From Escherichia phage vB_Eco_NicPhage, in sequence record OY726582: DNA of 64,000 nucleotides. The stretch is one strand, 5' to 3'. The notes under the pieces were generated by a model. The model had not been told where the DNA came from. It was given only the letters and a program-made list of their open reading frames with translations, and searched no databases. The first letter of the stretch is position 1. Every line of letters starts with the position of its first letter. Shown here in pieces: positions 51,130 through 62,317 of the stretch. The translations under genes were made by a program, and so were the position numbers.

Positions 51130-51301
51130 TTAACCATTCAATTGCCTGGTCGACGTTATCAAATATCCCGCCGTCCAAACGTTCTTCATGCTCATAGTCC
51201 AGCACATCAATACCGAACTGTCCATTTACTAAAGGCCAGGCAACAAACAAATATTCTTTATGCTGTTCGATGGCCTCAATCACTTCATATAATCGTTTCA
51301 T
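51110..51301 (-). CDS. Hypothetical protein (63 aa)
   Basis: ORF immediately downstream of pseT, abutting its stop. Confidence 0.4.
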   Translation of the reverse strand: MKRLYEVIEAIEQHKEYLFVAWPLVNGQFGIDVLDYEHEERLDGGIFDNVDQAIEWLNENYVR

Positions 51302-52388
<1,087 letters not shown>

Positions 52389-52389
<1 letters not shown>

Positions 52390-52688
52390 TATTTTATTCC
52401 TAAGAAAATTTCAAGAATACGAATGTTATGCTCGCGCCGGTCTTTATTAATTTCAGCAACGTTTTTATTAATTGACGTACTTCTAACGTTTGAAGAAATA
52501 AATTTAATCATATGACTTTTGAGTTGTTGCAAATCCAACCCTTTTTCTTTAGCAGCTTTACGAAGAGCTTTACCTGCTTCATCTAGTGCCTTTGCTGCAT
52601 CTTTGTCATAATTGCCAAGTGACATTCCACGACAGATATCAATATACTCATCAGACCGTTTGATGTAATTCTCTAGTAATGTTTTCAT
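52389..52688 (-). CDS. Hypothetical protein (99 aa)
   Basis: ORF with upstream TTTACA-N17-TATAAT element (52717-52745). Confidence 0.45.
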
Positions 52689-52716
52689 TTAGATTTCCTC
52701 AATTATCCATAGGAGC

Positions 52717-52745
52717 ATTATACTCTGCTCCTGAGAGTTTGTAAA
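52717..52745 (-). promoter_or_regulatory. Early promoter TTTACA-N17-TATAAT for ORF 52389..52688
   Basis: Minus strand reads agTTTACAaactctcaggagcagagTATAATg. Confidence 0.5.
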
Positions 52746-52970
52746 CTATTTTACTAAAGATTCAATATACTCGTGAAGAGCTTTAGTCGCTACTGCCCAC
52801 TTATTCTGATATTCATTTTTCAGATTAGCACGAGACTGAACTAACAATCGGTCATTAGTCGGAGGCAAAGATTCTAATCGTTGAATCTGGCGCCCATAAA
52901 TCATAGCCGCCATTTCAGATTCATAGATAAGCCCTTTAATGTATTCATGCTGTTCTTTAGTCATTGGCAT
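52746..52970 (-). CDS. Hypothetical protein (74 aa)
   Basis: ORF overlapping the lipoprotein gene stop. Confidence 0.4.
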   Translation of the reverse strand: MPMTKEQHEYIKGLIYESEMAAMIYGRQIQRLESLPPTNDRLLVQSRANLKNEYQNKWAVATKALHEYIESLVK

Positions 52971-53251
52971 TTTTCCTCTTTTAAACCACTACGATAATAA
53001 CATAACATAGTCTTCTGGTCATGTATATATCTTTTTACGTCGTTTAACCAGATACGAAATTCTTGAGAGTCTTCAAATGGCATTCCAACCCACGGATTAC
53101 CATCAATAACCTTTACTTGCCATTTCTGGTTGTATTCGGAAATAGGCGTAGGCCATGAAGGATGTAAAGTTTCTTTAGGGCTTACTGGCACATCCTGAGT
53201 ACATCCAACTAGGAGACCAATAGATAATACAGCCACAGTTAATTTAATCAT
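52961..53251 (-). CDS. Outer-membrane lipoprotein, candidate o-spanin (Rz1-like)
   Basis: N-terminal signal peptide with lipobox LLVGC (MIKLTVAVLSIGLLVGCTQ); 96 aa; immediately downstream of and overlapping a membrane/coiled-coil protein gene; T4 spanins map to the pseT.2/pseT.3 position. Confidence 0.6.
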   Translation of the reverse strand: MIKLTVAVLSIGLLVGCTQDVPVSPKETLHPSWPTPISEYNQKWQVKVIDGNPWVGMPFEDSQEFRIWLNDVKRYIHDQKTMLCYYRSGLKEEKCQ

Positions 53252-53604
53252 TCTGAGAGCTTCCTGAGGTCTTCTGCAAAGGAATCGAAGGACCTGTTGA
53301 TTTGTTTTTCGACCAATCCTGGCTTACTTGCCACCACGTTCTTCTTCTTCGAATCCTTACGGAGCTTTTCATTTTCAGCCTTAAGTTGGTCAACTAAAAC
53401 ACGGTTCTTATAAGTCATTTCTTCGATTGACTGATATTGAATCTTGAAGTCGTCTAATACTTTAGCATTGTTTTTAGCAGTCTCTTTAACAGAAGCCAAT
53501 TCAGTATTCAGCGAATCGACTTTATGGTTCAGAAATGCTATTGTTACAGTAGCAACAACTGCAAAAGCTGCCACTACAATATATGATGCATTTACTTTAA
53601 GCAT
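53248..53604 (-). CDS. Inner-membrane coiled-coil protein, candidate i-spanin (Rz-like)
   Basis: N-terminal hydrophobic segment YIVVAAFAVVATVTIAF followed by charged helical coiled-coil-like sequence; 118 aa; overlaps the lipoprotein gene start. Confidence 0.6.
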   Translation of the reverse strand: MLKVNASYIVVAAFAVVATVTIAFLNHKVDSLNTELASVKETAKNNAKVLDDFKIQYQSIEEMTYKNRVLVDQLKAENEKLRKDSKKKNVVASKPGLVEKQINRSFDSFAEDLRKLSE

Positions 53605-54092
53605 GTTTGAATAATCTCAATGATTTCGTCTCGGGATAATCCATTGATAAGAACTGTTTTAGGCCCGTCAGTTTGGATTTTGTATGATTCAAACAATACA
53701 CACAACTCTTCTGCTGTATGATATGGGCTTGAGATTCCGAGACGGTTGAATTTGTCGGTAAGAGGGTCGCAAATAATATAGAATTTGATACCTGCGATAT
53801 GTACGTTTGGTTGACTAATATTAATGAACACATTAGCGTCATATTTAGTCAAATTGTTTTGAAGAAATTCTACCATAGAATTAACTGCTTCTGGCATCGC
53901 TTCGCGTTTCTCTTCAGCGTATCGGGTTGAATACTCTTTTTGTTTTACTTTCTTTTTAAGATTTTTGGCCAGTGTAACACGTAGGTCAGTAAGATAACCA
54001 ACTGGACGTCCTTTCTTAAAGACCCGGATTCCGTCAGTTGTGTCTCCAAAAGCGTTTACGATCATATCGTTAGTAATCAATTGCATATTCAT
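53592..54092 (-). CDS. alc: Alc-like protein (host transcription shutoff), by position
   Basis: 166 aa from the Met at 54092 (T4 Alc 167 aa); GAGGAG Shine-Dalgarno; the ORF-track start at 54134 lies upstream of the promoter at 54122-54150; position between spanins and rnlA as in T4. Confidence 0.55.
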   Translation of the reverse strand: MNMQLITNDMIVNAFGDTTDGIRVFKKGRPVGYLTDLRVTLAKNLKKKVKQKEYSTRYAEEKREAMPEAVNSMVEFLQNNLTKYDANVFINISQPNVHIAGIKFYIICDPLTDKFNRLGISSPYHTAEELCVLFESYKIQTDGPKTVLINGLSRDEIIEIIQTCLK

Positions 54093-54121
54093 AATTTTCT
54101 CCTCGTGTTGTTGATAAACCC

Positions 54122-54150
54122 ATAGTATCACCATCCTTGGTGTTTGTAAA
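54122..54150 (-). promoter_or_regulatory. Early promoter TTTACA-N17-TACTAT for the alc-like gene
   Basis: Minus strand reads ggTTTACAaacaccaaggatggtgaTACTATggg; spacer contains inverted repeat CACCA...TGGTG. Confidence 0.5.
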
Positions 54151-54153
54151 CCG

Positions 54154-55287
<1,134 letters not shown>

Positions 55288-55305
55288 TCAGTTAGTTTTT
55301 TTTAA

Positions 55306-55334
55306 ATTGTACCACAATCCTTGTGGTATGTAAA
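55306..55334 (-). promoter_or_regulatory. Early promoter TTTACA-N17-TACAAT for rnlA
   Basis: Minus strand reads agTTTACAtaccacaaggattgtggTACAAT; spacer contains inverted repeat CCACAA...TTGTGG. Confidence 0.5.
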
Positions 55335-55745
55335 CTACTTTTTCTTATGTTGGATATTCCAAGGCGGGTTGAACTTTTTGATAAAAAGTGGTTCTTCAAG
55401 GTCCATTGTTGCGATGGTCATTGAACCAAGTTCGTTGGTGACTGAAAGGTCAAAACATTGGCGGGCCCAGAATTCAACCTTTTTGCCTTGCATTAAGGCA
55501 TCCAAAATCATAAGTGATTTTCTTGAATCTGAAGTCTGGTCTTTTCGATTTATGGCTGTTCGATAATAGTTAATGCGTTTCTTTAAATTCTTGGTTTTAC
55601 CAATATACACGAGTTCGTCATCTATAGCAATAGCATATATGACATTTTTCTTATTAGGGACATCAACTGTTTTAATTGTTGCATCTTCTAATAGCTCCAA
55701 TTCTGTATATTTAATAAAGGAATATTCGGCGGCGATATCTTTCAT
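55335..55745 (-). CDS. denA: Endonuclease II
   Basis: 136 aa, identical to T4 DenA length; near-identical to remembered T4 sequence (..YSFIKYTELEL...VYIGKTKNL.KRINYYRTAINRKD...FNPPWNIQHKKK). Confidence 0.9.
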   Translation of the reverse strand: MKDIAAEYSFIKYTELELLEDATIKTVDVPNKKNVIYAIAIDDELVYIGKTKNLKKRINYYRTAINRKDQTSDSRKSLMILDALMQGKKVEFWARQCFDLSVTNELGSMTIATMDLEEPLFIKKFNPPWNIQHKKK

Positions 55746-55753
55746 AATAAAGT

Positions 55754-55767
55754 GGGACCGAAGTCCC
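55754..55767 (-). terminator. Minus-strand hairpin GGGAC-UUCG-GUCCC between nrdB and denA
   Basis: GC stem with UUCG loop followed by ACTTTATT on the minus strand. Confidence 0.5.
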
Positions 55768-55771
55768 GTCC

Positions 55772-56950
55772 TTAGAAATATTTTTTGTATGAATTGATTA
55801 CATTTTGGTCTACATCATTATCAATTTGTGCGACAAGATAAGAACTGATTTCAACTTCCTGAGGAGCTGCTTGAACTAAATCAGAGTTCAGATATTCACG
55901 AATCCAAGGATACGGATGCTTGGTCGGAGCATCCGTAATTGGACATGGCAAACCACACTGTTTCATACGAGACACAGTCAAGTAATCAACAAAAGCACAC
56001 ATACTCTGCGTATTGATACCTGGACATGTACCATCTTTAAAGAGGTGTGCAGCCCATTCCTTCTCTTGACTATTTACTTCCATAAAAATGTCAACTGCTT
56101 CTTGTTCACATTCTTTAGCAATTTGAACCCACTCATCACCGTCAGTACCAGATTGAAGTTGACGGATAATGTACTGAGTACCCTTGAGATGGAGTTGTTC
56201 GTCACGAGCAATGAACTTCATAATCTTTGCATTGCCTTCCATAATTTCCATATTTTTATGGAAGTTAAAGGTACATGCAAATGATACGTAAAAACGAATA
56301 GCTTCCAAGGCGTTAATTACATGAAGGCAAAGATAAAGAGATTTCATTAGCTCACGCTTCCAATATGTCTCATGCTCAATAGCATCTTCAATAACGTCTT
56401 CGTCTGCATTAATTTCTTTTTGGTATTCGATATCGGCTTTAGCGTTTTCCCAATAACGAGTTTTAACCAGAACATCATCGTAATATTTACCTATTGATTC
56501 AGCTCGTTTCATGATTGCTTCGTCTAATACAATCTCATCAAATACTTTGGATGGATCGGTATAAAGATTTCGCATAATATGAGTGTACGAACGAGAGTGA
56601 ATAGTTTCACTGAATGTCCATGTTGCAACCCACGTATCTAATGAAGGGTCGGAAATCAGTGCCATAAGTACCGCAGATGGGGCCCTGCCTTGGATAGAAT
56701 CTAATAATGATTGATACTTAAGATTGTTTGTAAAGATGTCCTGTTGGAACTGAGGAAGCTTATTGAACTGCGCAGAGTCCAACATCAAGTTTACCTCTTC
56801 TGGGCGCCAGAAAAATGACAATTGCTTTTCAATAAGTTCTTCAAAAACTTTATGTCGCTGAATATCATAACGTGCGAGGCCAAGACCAGAACCAAAGAAC
56901 ATTGGTTCATTCAAAACATCGACTTGTTGTGTGTTAAAAACTGTACTCAT
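55772..56950 (-). CDS. nrdB: Ribonucleotide reductase small subunit (class Ia), uninterrupted
   Basis: 392 aa contiguous ORF (T4 NrdB 388 aa, where the gene carries a group I intron); syntenic. Confidence 0.9.
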   Translation of the reverse strand: MSTVFNTQQVDVLNEPMFFGSGLGLARYDIQRHKVFEELIEKQLSFFWRPEEVNLMLDSAQFNKLPQFQQDIFTNNLKYQSLLDSIQGRAPSAVLMALISDPSLDTWVATWTFSETIHSRSYTHIMRNLYTDPSKVFDEIVLDEAIMKRAESIGKYYDDVLVKTRYWENAKADIEYQKEINADEDVIEDAIEHETYWKRELMKSLYLCLHVINALEAIRFYVSFACTFNFHKNMEIMEGNAKIMKFIARDEQLHLKGTQYIIRQLQSGTDGDEWVQIAKECEQEAVDIFMEVNSQEKEWAAHLFKDGTCPGINTQSMCAFVDYLTVSRMKQCGLPCPITDAPTKHPYPWIREYLNSDLVQAAPQEVEISSYLVAQIDNDVDQNVINSYKKYF

Positions 56951-57005
56951 TATATTTTCTCACTTAGTTATTAACTCATCCATGAGTAAATTATAATCAA
57001 AAGTC

Positions 57006-59261
57006 TTAAAGCTTACAAGCAGAACAATCTTCAGCTTTAGGTGTTTCTAATTCATAGTCATCTGTACCTGACCCATCACGAGTGTTATGATAGTAGAGGT
57101 TTTTTCCGCCAAAGTACCAGAAGTAAAGCAGATCGTCAAGCATTACCGACATTGGCACTTTACCTTTCTCAAATACTGCAGGGTCATAGTAAGTATTAGC
57201 AGAAGCAGATTGGCACACCCATTTCAACATGATAGCAACTTGGGTCAAATAAGGTTTATTACCTTTCTTAGCAAGTTTCCACGCGTAGTCGTAAAGACTC
57301 ATGTTATGTTCTATATTAGGAACAACCTGACGGAAGTTGCCTTCTTTAGATTCTTTAATACTCACTGGACCGCGTGGGGGCTCAATCCCGTTTGTAGAGT
57401 TCGATACTTGACTGCTTGACTCACAAGGCATGAGTGCAGACAACGTTGAGTTACGAATTCCATGTTCTTTGAGTTCAGCTCGAAGTTCTTCCCAATCACA
57501 TACGTAGTTCGGGGCTGCGATTTGGTCAATCTTTTTATTGTACCAGTCGATAGGTAATTCGCCTCTAGACCATTTAGTGTCTGAATAATACTCGCAACAT
57601 CCTTTTTCTTTGGCGAGTTTGATTGAAGCTTTGATAAGGCCATATTGCAATCTCTCAAACAATTCATGAGTCAAATCGTTAGCGTCTTCATATGAAGCGA
57701 AGTTAGAAGCTAACCATGCAGCATAGTTCGTAACACCAACACCAAGATTACGACGCTTTTTGGCTTTTAAAGCTTCTGGAACCGGATAATCTTGATAGTC
57801 TAACAGGTTATCAAGTGCACGTACTTGTACTTCAGCAAGTTCATTAATTTTATCTTGGTCTTGCCAATCAAATTTATCTAACACGAATGCAGATAACGTG
57901 CATAAACCAATTTCAGCATCAGGACCATTCACATCATTAGTTGGAATAGCGATTTCACAACATAAGTTACTCTGACGAATTGGAGCTTTTTCACGAATAA
58001 ACGGAGTGTAGTTATTCGTGTTATCAACAAACTGTGGATAAATTCGAGCAGTACCAGAGCGTTCAGTCATGAACAATTCAAAGAGTTCTAGTGCTTTGAT
58101 TCTTTTCTTTCTGATTGTTGGGTCTTTTTCAGCTTTCTCATAAAGCTCACGGAATTTATCTTGATCTTCAAAGAACGAGTAGTATAGTTCGCCTGACATT
58201 TCGTGAGGGCTAAATAAAGTAATATAATCATTTTTACCAAGGCGTTCCATCATAAGGTCATTAATCTGAATTCCGTAGTCCATATGTCGAATACGGTTTT
58301 CATCCACGCCTTTGTTATTTTTCAGAACTAATAGGTTCTCTACTTCTAAGTGCCACATCGGATAATACGCTGTAGCAGCACCACCACGAATACCACCTTG
58401 AGAACAAGATTTTACTGCAGTTTGGAAATGTTTCCAGAATGGAATAACACCCGTATGTCGAACTTCACCCATACCGATCTTAGAACCTTCTGCACGAAGC
58501 ATACCAACGTTTATACCAATACCAGCTCGTTTAGAAATATATTCAATAATTGATGCTGAAGTTTTGTTAATAGATTTTAACGAATCACCGGCTTCAATAA
58601 CTACACAACTAGAGAACTGGCGAGTTGGAGTACGAGCACCTGCCATAATTGGGGTTGGCAATGAAACTTGATGAGTAGAAACGGCATTATAAAAACGAAT
58701 AATATGTTTCAAACGGTCATGAGTTTCGTTTTGGTGTAAGGCCATGCCAATAGCCATGATAGCAAACTGGGGAGTTTCATAAATCTTCCCAGTTGTTTTA
58801 TCTTTAACTAGATATTTTTCTTTAAGCTGCATAGCACCAGCATAAGTCAGGTCAAAGTCTCGTTCATGTTTAATCTGTGAATCGAGATAAATGATTTCTT
58901 CTGCTGAATATTGAGACAACAGCTCAGGGTCATATTTGCCTTCATTAACACAATAAGAAATATGGTCGATAAAAGCAGGCGGTTCAAACTGCCCATATAC
59001 ATCTTTACGAAGTGCAAACATTAGCCCTTTGGCGGCGACATACTGATAATCAGGTTCTTCGACAGAAATCGAGTTAGCTGCAACTTTAATACAAATCTTC
59101 TGGATATCTTTGGTGCTCATCCCGTCGACAAGATGGGTCTTAATTTCTTCATACAATTCATATGGGTCAATTTGTGTTCCTTCACATTGCCAAGTTAAGA
59201 CTTGAATAATTTTCTGTGCATCAAAATTTTGTGATACACCACTGCTCTTAGTTACTTGCAT
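57006..59261 (-). CDS. nrdA: Ribonucleotide reductase large subunit (class Ia)
   Basis: 751 aa (T4 754); C-terminal CSACKL; syntenic. Confidence 0.95.
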   Translation of the reverse strand: MQVTKSSGVSQNFDAQKIIQVLTWQCEGTQIDPYELYEEIKTHLVDGMSTKDIQKICIKVAANSISVEEPDYQYVAAKGLMFALRKDVYGQFEPPAFIDHISYCVNEGKYDPELLSQYSAEEIIYLDSQIKHERDFDLTYAGAMQLKEKYLVKDKTTGKIYETPQFAIMAIGMALHQNETHDRLKHIIRFYNAVSTHQVSLPTPIMAGARTPTRQFSSCVVIEAGDSLKSINKTSASIIEYISKRAGIGINVGMLRAEGSKIGMGEVRHTGVIPFWKHFQTAVKSCSQGGIRGGAATAYYPMWHLEVENLLVLKNNKGVDENRIRHMDYGIQINDLMMERLGKNDYITLFSPHEMSGELYYSFFEDQDKFRELYEKAEKDPTIRKKRIKALELFELFMTERSGTARIYPQFVDNTNNYTPFIREKAPIRQSNLCCEIAIPTNDVNGPDAEIGLCTLSAFVLDKFDWQDQDKINELAEVQVRALDNLLDYQDYPVPEALKAKKRRNLGVGVTNYAAWLASNFASYEDANDLTHELFERLQYGLIKASIKLAKEKGCCEYYSDTKWSRGELPIDWYNKKIDQIAAPNYVCDWEELRAELKEHGIRNSTLSALMPCESSSQVSNSTNGIEPPRGPVSIKESKEGNFRQVVPNIEHNMSLYDYAWKLAKKGNKPYLTQVAIMLKWVCQSASANTYYDPAVFEKGKVPMSVMLDDLLYFWYFGGKNLYYHNTRDGSGTDDYELETPKAEDCSACKL

Positions 59262-59557
59262 ATGTCCTCTATATTAAATTCGTCTTTAAAAAGTTTATTA
59301 ACCACTAGAGCTATTATATCACCATGACAGGCTTTTGGTTTACATGTGCATCCCAGACGCATACCACGTAAAGGTTCTAGATGAGCTTTTGTGATTTCTC
59401 CACACTTAATTCTCTTAATAAAATCCTTTTTGAAAAGCTCAATAGCTTCTTCTCGGGAAGAGGCATCCTTGCCTACATAATTTCCCCAGAATGTGCCACG
59501 ATGAATATTAACATCAAAATCGGATTTATATTTATTCACAACGCGGCACATTTTCAT
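59252..59557 (-). CDS. Hypothetical Cys/His-motif protein (101 aa)
   Basis: Contains FWGN and LGCTCKPKACHGD segments suggestive of a small metal-binding domain; between td and nrdA. Confidence 0.5.
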   Translation of the reverse strand: MKMCRVVNKYKSDFDVNIHRGTFWGNYVGKDASSREEAIELFKKDFIKRIKCGEITKAHLEPLRGMRLGCTCKPKACHGDIIALVVNKLFKDEFNIEDICK

Positions 59558-59811
59558 TACATGTCCTCTGCAATAATTTCTTCGTATTCTTTAGGAGTCA
59601 AGACCGTGATATTAAAATAAACCAACGGTTCTTTTTCTATACCGAATCCACCACAGAATTCACGATATTCATAAATTCGTTCATGTGAATAACAAATGAA
59701 TCGTTCACCTTTAACTGTGATTTCACTATTTGGTGAAGGGATATCCAGTTCACTTGGATTTTTCATTTCAAAAATTGTGGTGCCATATGAATTAATAAAA
59801 CGTAAAATCAT
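59557..59811 (-). CDS. Hypothetical protein (84 aa)
   Basis: ORF translationally coupled to td (start adjacent to td stop). Confidence 0.45.
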   Translation of the reverse strand: MILRFINSYGTTIFEMKNPSELDIPSPNSEITVKGERFICYSHERIYEYREFCGGFGIEKEPLVYFNITVLTPKEYEEIIAEDM

Positions 59812-60672
59812 TTATACCGCCATTTTAGCTTTGATAGTTGGATGAGATTCGTAATTTTTAAGAACGAAATCAGAATGTGTCATCGTTCCAGTAACCCAGT
59901 CCATTTGGATTTTTGTAGGCCAATTCTCAAAATTACTAGGCCAATTAATTTCAAGAGAACATAACTCTTTAGGTTCACGACGAAGAACTTCTTTGCATTG
60001 TTCTACATGATTGCTGTAGATATGCGTGTTGCCGCCTGAGAACACTAAATCACCTGGGATAAGGTTACACATCTTCGCTACAATATGCGTCAAGGCAGCG
60101 TACGAGGCAATGTTGAACGGCAGGCCCAAGAAAACATCTACACTGCGTTGATACCATTGTAAATCAAGATGCCCATTACGCACATTAAATTGATAGAACA
60201 TATGACAAGGAGGAAGAGCCATTTGGTCAATTTCGGCTGGGTTCCATGCAGAAACTATTTGACGACGATCATTAGGAAGAGCTTTAATACGGTCGATAGT
60301 TTTGACCAATTGGTCTACACCACCAAAATCACGCCATTGCTTACCATAAATAGGACCAAGTTCGCCGCTATGATATCCAAGGTCTTTTGCCTGATTTTCA
60401 TAGTTGTCGTCCCAAATAGTTTTACCTTGAATAAGACTACCATGAGTACGAATACGCAAATCATTAACATTGGTAGAACCAGACATGAACCACAGTAACT
60501 CGGCAATACAAGCTTTCCATGCTAATTTCTTAGTTGTTACCGCAGGGAATCCTTTAGTCAGATCCCAACGTAATTTAGTTCCGAACAGGGCAATAGTGCC
60601 GGTACCTGTACGGTCGTCTGTTTCGTAGCCATTTTCTAGGATATCATTAATCAGGTATTGGTATTGTTTCAT
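59812..60672 (-). CDS. td: Thymidylate synthase, uninterrupted (no intron)
   Basis: 286 aa contiguous, identical to T4 Td mature length; active-site region LPPCH and conserved TS core visible. Confidence 0.95.
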   Translation of the reverse strand: MKQYQYLINDILENGYETDDRTGTGTIALFGTKLRWDLTKGFPAVTTKKLAWKACIAELLWFMSGSTNVNDLRIRTHGSLIQGKTIWDDNYENQAKDLGYHSGELGPIYGKQWRDFGGVDQLVKTIDRIKALPNDRRQIVSAWNPAEIDQMALPPCHMFYQFNVRNGHLDLQWYQRSVDVFLGLPFNIASYAALTHIVAKMCNLIPGDLVFSGGNTHIYSNHVEQCKEVLRREPKELCSLEINWPSNFENWPTKIQMDWVTGTMTHSDFVLKNYESHPTIKAKMAV

Positions 60673-61256
60673 TTATAAACGCTCTCAGTAATTTCGGTGA
60701 GTTCATCGATTCTGTAGTAATGAGATTCTACCATAGAACGTTGAAGCATAATATCTTGGACGAAATCTTTATCAAGTTGAACATCGGAATTAACACGACA
60801 TTTCTTAATGATTTTAGTCATCACGATTTCATCGGCATAAGGCAGTGCTTGTTTAAGTAGAGCAGGACCGCCGATAACAGATACATTAACATGTTCAGTA
60901 GAAAGTTTAAACGGTACATCAGTTGCAGGGCTAAACAGGTTAATTTCACCACCTGTTACCAAGGTAATAAATTCAGATTGGGTGATATAGAACCGTGCAA
61001 GTTCATCAGTTTTAGTCCTAGGCAGTTTTCTGGCCATATCAGTGACAACCACATGAGTACGATCTGGGAGTAGACGAGGTAATGATGCAAAAGTCTTAGC
61101 ACCCATAACCATTACAGTGTTTTTAGTGCGAGCAACAAAGTTACTCATATCTTGTTTGATATGCTTCCATGGAAGTCCATCACCTAATCCAAAAGCATAT
61201 TCCAGTTTATCATCAACTGTTTTAGATGGTGCGCATGCGAATACTAATTTAAGCAT
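60669..61256 (-). CDS. frd: Dihydrofolate reductase
   Basis: 195 aa (T4 193); overlaps td start by 4 nt as in T4. Confidence 0.85.
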   Translation of the reverse strand: MLKLVFACAPSKTVDDKLEYAFGLGDGLPWKHIKQDMSNFVARTKNTVMVMGAKTFASLPRLLPDRTHVVVTDMARKLPRTKTDELARFYITQSEFITLVTGGEINLFSPATDVPFKLSTEHVNVSVIGGPALLKQALPYADEIVMTKIIKKCRVNSDVQLDKDFVQDIMLQRSMVESHYYRIDELTEITESVYK

Positions 61257-61497
61257 TTTTAAGTCCTTTAATAACTTTTTGGATTTGTGATTTAGACGAA
61301 ACTAGTTCTGTCTGAATTTCCAAACCATCGGTTTGGTCAAATGTTGTAACACAAACACGGGGTTTTGTTGTGTATCGTCCAGACAAATCAAATGCATCAC
61401 CAATGAATTCGGCCAAATCCGGATGGTCTAAATTAACTGAAGTATAAACTTCATATCCGACATCAGCGCCTTGAGAGTATTCAACAACAACATTCAT
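61249..61497 (-). CDS. Hypothetical protein (82 aa)
   Basis: ORF overlapping frd start; frd.1-position. Confidence 0.45.
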   Translation of the reverse strand: MNVVVEYSQGADVGYEVYTSVNLDHPDLAEFIGDAFDLSGRYTTKPRVCVTTFDQTDGLEIQTELVSSKSQIQKVIKGLKNA

Positions 61498-61499
61498 AA

Positions 61500-61748
61500 T
61501 TATTTCCTCAGATTTTTCTTAACAACTTTCCAATCGGCTTTGAACATTTCAACATCAGAGTGGCAAATCCAGAATCCTGCACTTTCACCATCTTCGTAGA
61601 GTGGACATCCATCACATTCTTCGTTCCAACCCATTTCGCGTAAAGCTTCTTCAGCTTGTTCAAGGAGTTCAGCATCTTTACCAACGATGTTGAAGTACCA
61701 TTTACCTCTAACTTCCGAATCTTTGATGCTCTGGCGTTGCAATCTCAT
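61500..61748 (-). CDS. Hypothetical protein (82 aa)
   Basis: ORF adjacent to the previous one; contains CDGC...CH segment. Confidence 0.45.
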   Translation of the reverse strand: MRLQRQSIKDSEVRGKWYFNIVGKDAELLEQAEEALREMGWNEECDGCPLYEDGESAGFWICHSDVEMFKADWKVVKKNLRK

Positions 61749-61811
61749 TTTATTCTCCTCTTCACTTTTATTTTATAGGGCTACTATAACATAGCCCTAT
61801 CTTGTTATAAA

Positions 61812-62204
61812 CTACTTTTTAAAAGTTTTTTGCAAAAGTTTGATGATTTCGTCGACGTTAGTTTCATCTACGATACAATGGATTTTTGTTACACCTAAAG
61901 TTATACCTTCGTTAGTAGGTTGAGGCTTTACTAAATCTACCTCAGTAAAGTATTTGAACTCGTCAGGATAAATCTCAAAATAAGTTTCAATTTCATCACC
62001 GGCAGAACATACAGTACCATCTTCCATAGTTACACTTACTACGTTTGACGTATCGCTATCATAATCAGGTTCCATTCCGTTTACAACAAAACTAGGCCCG
62101 TGGAGTTCAATCAATTTTAACATCTTAGCGTTATTATGTGGTGCTTCTTGAACAAAGTCGTCTTTAAATAAAGGGTTAATGATATAAGATTTTCCGATTT
62201 CCAT
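61812..62204 (-). CDS. Hypothetical protein (130 aa)
   Basis: ORF with upstream TTTACT-N16-TAGTAT element (62232-62260). Confidence 0.5.
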   Translation of the reverse strand: MEIGKSYIINPLFKDDFVQEAPHNNAKMLKLIELHGPSFVVNGMEPDYDSDTSNVVSVTMEDGTVCSAGDEIETYFEIYPDEFKYFTEVDLVKPQPTNEGITLGVTKIHCIVDETNVDEIIKLLQKTFKK

Positions 62205-62231
62205 TTTGATTTCCTCATGTTGTTAATAGGT

Positions 62232-62260
62232 CTATACTAACACATCCAGGGAAGAAGTAA
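62232..62260 (-). promoter_or_regulatory. Early promoter (TTTACT-N16-TAGTAT) for ORF 61812..62204
   Basis: Minus strand reads gTTTACTtcttccctggatgtgtTAGTATagacc. Confidence 0.4.
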
Positions 62261-62293
62261 ACAACTTTTTCGGCAATTTACAGATACTCAAAA

Positions 62294-62311
62294 GGGAGAC
62301 CGAAGTCTCCC
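62294..62311 (-). terminator. Minus-strand terminator GGGAGAC-UUCG-GUCUCCC + UUUUGAG downstream of gene 32
   Basis: Perfect 7-bp stem, UUCG loop, U-tract; 7 nt after the gp32 stop. Confidence 0.75.
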
Positions 62312-62317
62312 AATTTA

